Notes under the pieces: model-generated
What the model saw: only the letters and a program-made list of their open reading frames with translations
What the model was told of the DNA's origin: nothing
The model's database searches: none
Source of the DNA: Penicillus capitatus
Taxonomy: Eukaryota; Plantae; Chlorophyta
Length of the DNA stretch: 64,000 bases
Reading direction: 5' to 3'
Assembly: GCA_965649825.1 (NCBI GenBank)
Contig: OZ287697.1
Span: forward strand, 1,350,351-1,414,350
Shown: one piece after another, positions 1 to 9,154 of the stretch
How the letters are laid out: the number at the start of each line of letters is the position of its first letter
How positions within the stretch are numbered: position 1 is the stretch's first letter
Made by a program: the position numbers and the translations under genes

Positions 1-3000
1 GGAGGAAGCATTGACATCCAGAATGTGACAATGGAAGAATGTCTAGCAGAGTTGTCAGGAGGAGCAATCAGAATGGCATTCTCCAGCGAAGCCGCAGTCC
101 AGAACTCTGTCTTTGTGAGAAACCATGCGAATAATGGCGGAGGCATTGCTTTAGTACAATCATCGTCGCTATTCGGAGATGGTTTGCTCTTCGAGAACAA
201 CACTGTTCATGAGGGTGGCGGGGCACTTGCTTCTGAACAAGCGAGCACCATAGAGATAAACAGCTCCGTTTTCCAAAACAATGCTGGCGGCGATGGAGGG
301 GTGTTGATCCAGCACACCAACACTACTGGGATCTTTACGAATGTCACGTTTGTCAGGAATCAGGCCTGGCGGAAGGGAGGAATAGCCTACGCAACAGAAT
401 CTAATATCAGTTTCGATCGGTGTGTCTTCGAATGGAGCATCGCAGCGGAGCACGGCGGCTTTCTCTATTCGCAAAGAAGCGTGCGTTGTCACTTTAATGG
501 ATCGGTGTTGATCCATGGCTTCTCGCGGGAGGGAGGATGCATCGTCGTGGAGAAAGGGAATCTCACGTTGCAGAAGACATCCATCCATAACTGTATTGCA
601 TCGAAGGATGGAGGTGCACTGCATTTGTCGGAAGGCGCGAACGCGACAATCACTGATTCAAGCATCGACGCAAGTCATGCTGGCGAACACGGAGGCGGTG
701 TTTACATGTCACGCAGCTCTCTCAGTGCAAACAGACTCCTTCTCACTGAAAACATCGCAAAAGGCGACGGGGGTGGCATCTTCTCGGAACACTCTACTGG
801 CATCAGAATTTTCAACGATTCCTACTTCGGGAACAATTCTGCGCAGTCCGGTGGAGGCGTGGCATTGAGAAACACAACAGGGTCCTTGATCGGCGTCAGA
901 ATCTATGGCAACTTGGCATCGAATCGTGGAGGGGCCTGTTGCGCAGAAAGCTCTTCTAACCTGAGGGTCGTAGAATGCACAATCCGTCACAGTGAGGCCG
1001 GAAGCGGTGGCAGTTTCTTTGTCCGGAAGTCGCATTTGAAGCTCATAAGTTCAAAACTCAAAGCTGGACGGGCTTCCGCGGAAGGAGGTTTCATCTCAGC
1101 TACGGAGAACAGCTCGATCCGTGCGGACACCACATCGATGATTGCTGGCGTATCGAAAGAGGGCGGCGCTGTTTTCCTCTCTGAATCTGTCTTCACAGCC
1201 ACGGGCATTCGGATATCGCAGTGCAAGGCAGACGGCGACGGGGGTGCCATCAAGGGCATCGATTCGTCGAGGATGCTCTGCAGTGGCTGCACTCTGAACA
1301 ACAACAACGCAACCCGCGGTGGAGCTGTGTTTGCTATGTATAACGACACTCGAATGCTCTCGATGCAATTAGACAACTGCACTCTCCAGAACAACTCGGC
1401 AACATTTGGAGGTATTCTCGATCACACTAGGGTTAGAGTGAAGTTCACATTCTTCCACGCAGGAGGCGTCCAGATCGTGGCCGGACCGGAGTCCGTATTT
1501 CGGGACTGCCGTGCGGGATGGGACACTTGCAAAGTTACAACTTTGATGAACACAGTCTTTGCAGACAACGAAGCAAAGGCGGCTGGCGGAGCCGTCTTCA
1601 TCGACACAGTTGCTGGACTCCGACTGAGCTGCTCAGATGAATCGGCAGGACATGGACTGGAGTTCTATTCGGAGAAGCGGTGGAAGTCCATGAAGCGCTT
1701 GACATCCACCGAAGACATCTGCCCATCCTGGAAGAACAATTCAGCTGGCAGATACGGACCAGATGTGGCATCTTACGCATCTGATGTCCTAAAGAAGGTC
1801 ACCAACAAAAAGACAAAATGGTTGAGTCCATCAGGCAAGAATCATTACACCATACGCCGCCACAAGAGCGGAAGACCGATTCTCATCGCTTTCACACCCG
1901 TAGACGACCTCGAGCAGAGTCCAGCTGTCGGGATGGACAACAACAACATCGAGGCCGTGACGTTTTCGCCCGATGGATTCTTTGTCGGAAGCGTGAGAGT
2001 GCCACTTAATGCTGCAGGTGTGAATATCAGCACGACTGGCTTCGTGCAGCCTGACGAGTACACAGTTCAGATCGATTTCGAAGGAGCAGATCTGGAGAGC
2101 TTAGAGATCACTGTGGAGGTACAGAAGTGCGAGATCGGCGAAGTTCCTTCGGCAAATGGAACATTCTGCGAACCGTGCAGCGATGCGACATTCAGTTTCT
2201 TTCCAGAAGAGGACTTGGAATGTCATCCGTGTCCAGAAAACGGAAGATGCAACACATCGACCATTCAGCCGATGCCAGGTTACTGGCATCCCTGGCCGTG
2301 CTCCAGTCATCTTCAGAAATGCCTGACGGAGCAGGCATGTGACTTCGACCAGCGCGAGAAGCAACTCTACGAGCTGACGAAAGATATGGAATCGTGTCAC
2401 ATGTCCGACGATCTTGTAGTTGAATACGGAGACGCCCAGTGCGGCACGGTATGGCTGCCCCTTCTCTATCTGAATGCTTTCATTGCGGGTGTTAGGGTCA
2501 CACGGGTCCGCTGTGCGGTTCCTGCAAGCCCGGTTATGGCAAGGCTCAGTTCTTCACTTGCAAAGAGTGTTTCTCCCATGAGGCGAATGTCTTGCTCTAC
2601 CTCCTGTCGATACTGGTGTTCTTGATTTTGGCCGCGATTGCAATGAAAACGAATCTCGAACCCGGTGACCAGTATTCGGGATCGAAGGTCGTCGTCGAGA
2701 TCTTCAAGGTATACGCATGATCTTTCGATTTCTGTCTGCGAGTGTGTTCCGTCAGATTGCGGTGGACTATGCGCAGGTGACGGCTATTGCCATTTCCATC
2801 AACGTCTCCTGGAGCACGACGCTCTCCAAATTCTTCGAAATTACTGGTATCGTATGACAGCGACGATTACTGTTGTCCGAATCTGTTGTCTGCTGGTAGA
2901 ATTGGTCAGCGGCGTCGTCACGGAGGCCATCGAAAGAGCTGTCCATTGTCTCCTGCACGAAGATGATGCCATGGAGCGAGGCATATTTGGTGTTGTGATG

Positions 3001-3885
3001 GACGTCATCACAGTCGTCGCCGTTATGCTCGTGTGCTTGGCTTTCTGGGGCACCGTATCCGTCGTTTCTCGTAGGAACGGAGGTTACTTCTGGAAGCGAG
3101 CGGGGATGAGTTTCTTCGTCGTCTCCTACCTGGGCTACATCTCGCTGACGAGCACCTCCATCCACGTTCTGACATGTCTCGAAGTCCACGACTCGCTGGC
3201 AGTCATGAACAACAGCACAACATCGTACTGGGCCGCGGACACGAACATCCAGTGCCACGAGGGATCTCACGCAGTTCTGGAACGCACACTCGGCTGGCCA
3301 CTCCTTGTCGTTTTTTCGTTCGGATTTCCCGTCGTCGTTCTGTACATCACTGTGTTCGCTGACGAACAGGAGAGGAATCAAGGAGACAGGCGAGAAGTAA
3401 TCGGGTTTATATACCAATCCTACAAGAAGCGTTATTGCTACTGGGAAACCGTCGTTCTCTTAAGGAAGGCGGCCTTGGCCGTCGTCGTCATGCTTGCCTA
3501 TCCGCTGGGGCCAAGTCTACAGGTCATGTTCTCGGCCTCCGTCTTCACGGTGGCTCTCTATTTGCAGACCGTTTGCCGACCATTCGGTGAAGAGAAGGAC
3601 GGGCAGAATGGCCAACAGGACGCGTCAGACGAACTGGATCGACTGAACGACTTGGAAAGCACTTCGCTTCTCGTCTCGCTGCTGACGTTCGTGTCCAGTC
3701 TCTGTTTCGACGCAGAGAATGTGTCGTCGGGCGTCCGTTCTTCTGTCAGTCTGGTGATTCTGGCGCTGAATCTGGTTTTCTTTTCGTACCTTGTTATCGT
3801 CTTCGCGGGAAAGTGTATCGACCGCTGGATAGCTGATCCTAACGCACAGCCTCTTACGTCTGGTTCGAGCAGCGACGAGCCATAA
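1..3885 (+). CDS. R1: Pmp-like beta-helix / Cys-rich / multi-TM surface receptor-like protein, 5' part outside window
   Basis: ORFs 25..2625 and 2665..3885 join through GT-AG introns 1412-1462, 2449-2495, 2709-2755, 2847-2899. Spliced product: GGA[IV]/FxxN repeats, stalk, CEPC...CHPCPENGRC...YWHPWPC...GHTGPLCGSC, then ~9 hydrophobic segments with YWE.V.L.RK and RPF...LNDLE motifs. Stop TAA at 3883-3885. Confidence 0.9.
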
Positions 3886-5529
3886 GTACCTGCTGCACTA
3901 AAACAACCAGTCACTAACTAAGTTTGACGAGTTTCTTGGAAATGCTTCACAAACGTAAAACATGTGTTAGACAGACACTTATTTCTAAAGCGTGGATTGT
4001 GACACCCCTTTGACAAAGCGTGACGAGAAAGGCGTTCATGACCTGAACGACAACATCGTCGAGTTTTGGAGCGGATTTACTCTGTCGGCTATAAAATAGT
4101 CCCGCCCCGATAGAACGATCGAATTTCGAATGTGGACAGAGGTATGTGAGGTAAGAACAAACTTGGTCCTCTGAGAACCCAGAGAACTACTTCGTCTAGT
4201 CCTTCTATTTTCGTTTGGCGAATACACGATGGCTTTCGCGACGAACGACAATTCGTTGAGTGCATTGCGTGCGTTGTTCTGCAAACATGCGTATGTGCTG
4301 TCCTCGTATAAGATACGGCACCCATGCTTGGCGATCATGATCCTTTTCTTCGCGTTCGTGAACAGACTCTTCAGGAGGCGAGGTGATGGAATGAAGTGAT
4401 CATTTAGAGGTGCAAAGCACCGTTCAAGAACAGGTACCGTTGCCCACGGTCGACTGGAGTTTCCGGAGCCGCCAAGGTGCAAGAGAATCTGTTCAGACTT
4501 CCGTTGCAAAAGCAGTCTTTGCAGGGGATACGTCTTCGTCGTCGTTTGCGTTTGCGCACGTTCGTCCGGTGAGGGCGTGTCAACCCGTGTCCAGAGAACA
4601 GAGACACTAGCAGTCGAGTCGTCTCGCCAGACCGGGATATCGACATCAGGCACCGTGCTCGGAGCGCGTCCAGAGCTGTCCTGTTCCAGGCGTTTGTGCC
4701 CGTGACAGTCGTGAAGACGCATTAGCTTAACGCACATAAGATGCACAGATACGTCCGTTCGATGAACACCAATACTTGCAAAACTGCACAGAGGCGCAGT
4801 GCAGAGAGGTGAGCTTCAAGTCTGTTTTAAGATTTCATCCAGCGTCGTTCGGTTTATAGGACATGAAGGGCCACGCTCCAGATCGCGCAAGAAAACCTTC
4901 GGCAACTTTCAATCTCATCTCTGCGACAAGTGCTTTTCTGGCACCAGTACAGTCTTGTCTTGATCATTCACTCTATCATTTTTTGTTTTACTGTGTTTCC
5001 GGCATCACGATCAGAAGCAATATCTCTTATCTGTTCGTTTATCGTCGAATCAGGAGTGAGCACAAGACTTTCATCAGTCTACGGCCTCGACAAGCAGTTT
5101 CTGTCAAGTGGACAATCGAATAAGGTCTTGCAAAACAGGTCACAAAGGAGAGTTGTTCTTCGCGTCACGGTGTCGCCGGTGGCGTCGAACGGAGACGATT
5201 CAAGCGGAAGACTTCTTTACAAGTGTTCGGAGAAGGTCCATAATGCTTCAGAATGTCCTCTGTATACTCGCCTGTCGGCGTGACTTTCAAATTAGATGAG
5301 TCGGCACGTAAGCAGAGCCAGCGAGGAGGGCCTTTTTTATAGAACAGAACCTTCCTAACATGACCTCAAGCGCCCTTCCCGACAGATGACCCATTGACAT
5401 CAAGGCAACCATATCCCCAATCAAAATCTTAGCGACACAGGGTCGAATAGATAATTCTGTTCAATCTAGTGATGATGCAGAACATGCAAAATAGAAAACA
5501 ACCGAGCTCTTCAGGTTATTCATTGTTCT

Positions 5530-5773
5530 TGTCGCCAAGATTTGGTTTGGCGATGGGACTGCCTTGTTTCTGACGGGTCCACGTTCTGGGGGTGCTGGTT
5601 GAATCATCCGAGGCCCTTTTCTCTGGTTCTTATGCTAGGGTGATTCACCTGCCTAGGCAAGTCGCGTCACCATGCGGATATTTAAGGGCAAAACTGAACC
5701 ATTGAACACCTTGCTCCAACAGTTGTAAAGTCTTCCGCTGATTGTCTGTTTGCGTCCGACCCGACCGGCGACA
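5530..5773 (+). mobile_element. Solo LTR (244 bp) of the Gag-like-only LTR family
   Basis: Starts TGTCGCC, ends GGCGACA. Flanked by identical 5-bp TSD GTTCT (5525-5529 and 5774-5778). Aligns with the LTRs at 7692 and 55636 (TGA[ACT]TCA x2, TTCTCTGGTTCT, CACCTGCCTAGG, TATTTAA, CTTCCGCTG). Confidence 0.88.
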
Positions 5774-5802
5774 GTTCTTTTTTCTAATCCTTTTCATGTT
5801 GT

Positions 5803-6060
5803 TGCCAGTACACATCCGGCGTCGTACCTGCCAGTACACATCCGGCGTCGTACCTGCCAGTACACATCCGGCGTCGTACCTGCCAGTACACATCCGGCGT
5901 CGTACCTGCCAGTACACATCCGGCGTCGTACCTGCCAGTACACATCCGGCGTCGTACCTGCCAGTACACATCCGGCGTCGTACCTGCCAGTACACATCCG
6001 GCGTCGTACCTGCCAGTACACATCCGGCGTCGTACCTGCCAGTACACATCCGGCGGCGTA
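5803..6060. repeat. 26-bp minisatellite, ~10 copies of TGCCAGTACACATCCGGCGTCGTACC
   Basis: Nine identical units from 5803 to 6036 plus a near-complete tenth ending CCGGCGGCGTA. No spacers between units. Confidence 0.97.
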
Positions 6061-6306
6061 AATGGTGTCGCCTTTTCTTTCGATAGGTAGAGTTGGTGGT
6101 TCACCTTCTCTGTAGGCCCGCTGCTCCGACTCAACTTCACCTTCCGTGGGGCCGGGTACAGGCAGATCGTCCGGTCCAAGTAATACTAGGTCAACGCTCT
6201 GCTCTTCCGAGCTGCGTCTTGAACCGAATAGGTTGAGGTTGTGCACGATGTGGTCTGCGCCCCGCCGACGTAGTTCGGCTTGTTCCCGCAGGCGGAACGA
6301 GTTCAA

Positions 6307-6573
6307 TGTCGCCAAGATTTCCATGGCGATTTTACTGCCTCGTGCAAAAGGGGTGCATTTAGTTCTGAGACGCTTGTTGTCATGTCAGAGGGGGTCTGTT
6401 TTCTACAAAGGGTCTTCTTCTCTGGCTCTGCATGCGGGCTGACTCATCTGCCTAGGAACGTCGTGTCATCACGTGGGTATATAATGAGGTATTTCTGATC
6501 ATTCACGACCGTGCTCTGTAAACTTCAGAAGTCTTCCGCTGTTTACATTTTGCGTCGGACCCGATCGGCGACA
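6307..6573 (+). mobile_element. Solo LTR (267 bp), older family member
   Basis: TGTCGCCAAG...GGCGACA termini. TSD TTCAA/TTCAG (4 of 5 match). Retains TTCTCTGGCTCT, TGACTCA, CTGCCTAGG, TATATAA and GTCTTCCGCTG in the family order. Confidence 0.82.
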
Positions 6574-6640
6574 TTCAGATTCTCCTGAACGGTCGGGTAT
6601 AGAGGAGGATAGGGAACCAGTGCGCGCTGAAGACTTCGCT

Positions 6641-6664
6641 CGCCGCCGCCGCCGCCGCCGCCGC
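6641..6664. repeat. (CGC)8 microsatellite
   Basis: Perfect trinucleotide run; reads as poly-Gly in the minus-strand ORF. Confidence 0.9.
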
Positions 6665-6699
6665 TGTCCAGGGTTATCAAACTTGCCTTACAGACTGTG

Positions 6700-6875
6700 C
6701 GAAAGAAAGCTAACATGTGATGTCGAACGTCCATTAAATCCCCCACAGTGAAGGGACGGGTGAGTCAGCTCCCAGCGAGAACCAGATAAAAAGGTCTCCT
6801 GAGAGCAGTGAAAAGACAGATAGTGCCCCTTGGCACGGATCCCCCTTCGGACCGAGGCAGTCACCTCGTCAGATG
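6700..6875 (-). mobile_element. Partial inverted LTR-derived segment (remnant A)
   Basis: Reverse complement contains TGACGAGGTGACTGCCTC (cf. LTR TGACGATGTGACTGCCTA), TTTATCTGGTTCT, GCTGACTCACC and GGGATTTAAT in LTR order. The first ~18 nt of the LTR are replaced by the 27-bp array. The 3' boundary is approximate. Confidence 0.62.
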
Positions 6876-7088
6876 CACATCGAGGCGGCGTACCTGCCAG
6901 TACACATCGAGGCGGCGTACCTGCCAGTACACATCGAGGCGGCGTACCTGCCAGTACACATCGAGGCGGCGTACCTGCCAGTACACATCGAGGCGGCGTA
7001 CCTGCCAGTACACATCGAGGCGGCGTACCTGCCAGTACACATCGAGGCGGCGTACCTGCCAGTACACATCGAGGCGGCGTACCTGCCA
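6876..7088. repeat. 27-bp minisatellite, ~8 copies of TGCCAGTACACATCGAGGCGGCGTACC
   Basis: Seven identical units 6895-7083 plus partial units at both ends. Same orientation and same TGCCAGTACACATC...CGTACC core as the 26-bp array. Confidence 0.97.
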
Positions 7089-7271
7089 CCTCTCAGAGCA
7101 AGATTTTGTTTCAGGTTCGAACGTGTCGATTCTTATCTAAGAGTGGTTGTGACCTCTTAGGCAGGTGAATCAACTGGCATCCAGAGCCAGAGAATAGCGC
7201 TTCAGGTGAGTCAACTAGCGTCTTCTCAAATCATGTGGACTTCAAGGATGCAATTAGCATGTTTTGCAACA
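7089..7271 (-). mobile_element. Partial inverted LTR-derived segment (remnant B), 3'-truncated at the 27-bp array
   Basis: Reverse complement: TGTTGCAAAA...GACGCTAGTTGACTCACCTGAAGCGCTATTCTCTGGCTCTGG...TGATTCACCTGCCTA, closely matching the 55636 LTR (GACGCAGGCTGACTCACCTAAGGCGCTATTCTCTGGTTCTGG...TGACTCACCTGCCTA). Confidence 0.72.
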
Positions 7272-7925
7272 CAATGTAAGCTGGTGATGCGAATCATTAC
7301 GACCAATAGCTGCTTGCATAAGAAACGGACATGAGCTGGCCCATCAAGTAATAAAACACTATTGTTCCACAGGACTTCAGCATCAAACGCTGGTTTGTGC
7401 TGCGACTACACAACTTTCTTCGGTTCTGACCTTACTCCCGTTTATCCTGTTTCACATTCACGTTCTCGCTACGGACCTTTCCCCGAGACTAATTCGACCT
7501 CGTCTGAAGCAGTAAGTTCTTTCGACGGAAAGACGGTCGAGTTTAAGTTTATAGATCGTCTGACGCCAGTTCTGTCTGTCTCTTAGCCATGACTGGGGAA
7601 GAGCTCGCTTTTGTGACGGAAAGGAGATACCGTGACGAGACGAACAAAATGTGCACCCCACGTTCTGCTGGCTTGTAATCCCCACGGCCGCTGTCGCCGA
7701 GCGATGTGACGCTGCCTCGTTTTTGGGGAGGCCACATCATGGGGGGTCTTGGTTGAATCACCCAAGGCCATTTTCTCTGGCTCTGAGGCTAGGGTGATTC
7801 ACCTGCCTCGCCAAGTCGCGTCACCATACGGGTATAAAATGAACAATCTGGACGTGTTTTCGCCTTGCTCTGTAACTTGTGAAGTCTTCCGCTGTTATCG
7901 TTTCGTTCGGCACCTCCGCGCGACA

Positions 7926-7938
7926 TGGTTTCGGAGCG
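7926..7938 (+). promoter_or_regulatory. Primer-binding site-like sequence TGGTTTCGGAGCG
   Basis: Abuts the 5' LTR. Differs at 2 of 12 positions from the canonical plant tRNA-iMet PBS TGGTATCAGAGC. Identical copy at 55881-55893. Confidence 0.75.
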
Positions 7939-8047
7939 TTGACACGTTCCTCAGTTTGAATCTCCGTCTTAGTGACGTTGCGCATTTGCTGTGTGCTTTG
8001 CGCCTTTGAGCCCTTACGAGGAAGTTTCAGGAAAACAAGTTACAAGG

Positions 8048-9091
8048 ATGAGTCAAGCACGACGAGAAAGAAGAACGGGGCAAGGTCGGTGGGAGGAAAA
8101 CAGAAGCGGGATTTACGGTATCTACGAGTACCTCGAAAGTTTCCTCGTCTATTGTCGCGAAGACGAGGGGCTCTGCCCCAGACTTCGCGGGCGGAGAACA
8201 TGGATATTGCCGGATGGCTGGTCCACGATAGAGGACGAGTGTTTTTTGGTGGACCTCCAGGATATGTGCGATTTTGTCTACTACGTTTGCCCAAGGCTGC
8301 AAGAGAGGCGCGAGTTGCAAACGACGACGAGACGACTGCGCGAGGAAAGAGAGAGGCTACGCCAGCAAGTGGCGAACCTCGAAGCAGAAAAGGAAGGGTT
8401 ACGAGCGACGCTCAAAATGTCTGAGGCAAGTGCTCTTGCCAGGGGACTGTCAGTCGGGGTTTTACAGCAAGAGGTATCCGAGGCGACAGCAGAAAATGAG
8501 CGGCTCTCAGGGCTTAATACGCAGTTACAACAAGGCATCGCGGAGGCCCAACAAGACACAAACGAGGCCCGTGTGGAGACCTCTTCTACACAACAGAAGC
8601 TGAGAGAGACTGAGACGGCCTACGAAGAGGCCAAGAAGCATTTTATTATGGCACCTGATTTGGTGTCTAATCTTCGGTCGCTGACCGACGCGGTGAAGGC
8701 AGTGCATGACGAAGTTCGGACGAGCAGTGAGAGGACAGTTGAGGCGGTGGCGAGAAGACCACCAGATGGACGAAGCGAGAAGACGCTCACCCAAATGAAG
8801 CGCGTTCTCCACGACATCGGTCGCTATCCGCGGCGACGACGAAGGAAAAAGGCAGCCGACGCAGCTGACGATGGCGGAGGTGCCATCAAGCGCGGTCGGA
8901 TCTGCTATCTGTGCCGGTGCAAAGGGCACTTGGCAGAAAACTGTCCGCGGGTGCGGACAGTTGGGACGACGTCAGCGGAACCGACGATGTCAGATGCGGA
9001 GCAACAGCCAGCGGAATCGAGCGCAGAAGGAGCGTCATCGGGATGGACCATTTTCTCGGCGCTGAGGCGCTTCACCTCGGGCATTGACTGA
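8048..9091 (+). CDS. Gag-like protein: long coiled coil, RRRRKK basic patch, single CCHC zinc knuckle
   Basis: First ATG at 8048 within ORF 7991..9091. Heptad-rich E/Q/R/L segment; CYLCRCKGHLAENC fits CX2CX4HX4C. No protease, RT, RNase H or integrase motifs. Confidence 0.8.
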   Translation: MSQARRERRTGQGRWEENRSGIYGIYEYLESFLVYCREDEGLCPRLRGRRTWILPDGWSTIEDECFLVDLQDMCDFVYYVCPRLQERRELQTTTRRLREERERLRQQVANLEAEKEGLRATLKMSEASALARGLSVGVLQQEVSEATAENERLSGLNTQLQQGIAEAQQDTNEARVETSSTQQKLRETETAYEEAKKHFIMAPDLVSNLRSLTDAVKAVHDEVRTSSERTVEAVARRPPDGRSEKTLTQMKRVLHDIGRYPRRRRRKKAADAADDGGGAIKRGRICYLCRCKGHLAENCPRVRTVGTTSAEPTMSDAEQQPAESSAEGASSGWTIFSALRRFTSGID

Positions 9092-9140
9092 AGCCGTTAG
9101 CATTTTCTGTGGGGGTTTGCTTTACTTGTTTTTCGGAGTT

Positions 9141-9154
9141 GGCGGGAAGCGTGG
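9141..9154 (+). promoter_or_regulatory. Putative polypurine tract GGCGGGAAGCGTGG
   Basis: Purine-rich, directly abuts the 3' LTR, and is conserved at 57089-57102 in element 2. Confidence 0.6.

Larger units (their letters stand above)
5794..6746 (-). pseudogene. Unknown minus-strand ORF split by the 6307-6573 solo LTR, running into the 26-bp array
   Basis: ORF 6543..6746 (...PTVQENLN) and ORF 5794..6324 (LNSFRLREQ...) meet the two TSD copies in the same codon phase, so removing the LTR and one TSD gives one open frame of ~140 codons before the array. No recognisable domain. Confidence 0.4.

Noticed and set aside
1412-1462. Selection for stop-free 3n introns after the beta-helix exon
   Set aside because: Lengths are 51, 52, 49, 47, 54, 51, 54, 51 nt. 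R1 and R6 are not independent, so the excess over one third is not convincing. These in-frame introns do inflate the supplied ORFs.
5803-7088. CRISPR array
   Set aside because: Units are head-to-tail with no unique spacers, there are no cas genes, and the context is eukaryotic.
5645-7168. Repeat-peptide ORFs (MCTGRYDAGCVLAGTTPDVYWQVRRR, HIEAAYLPV, etc.) as real proteins
   Set aside because: The units lack stop codons in any frame, so all six frames are open by construction.
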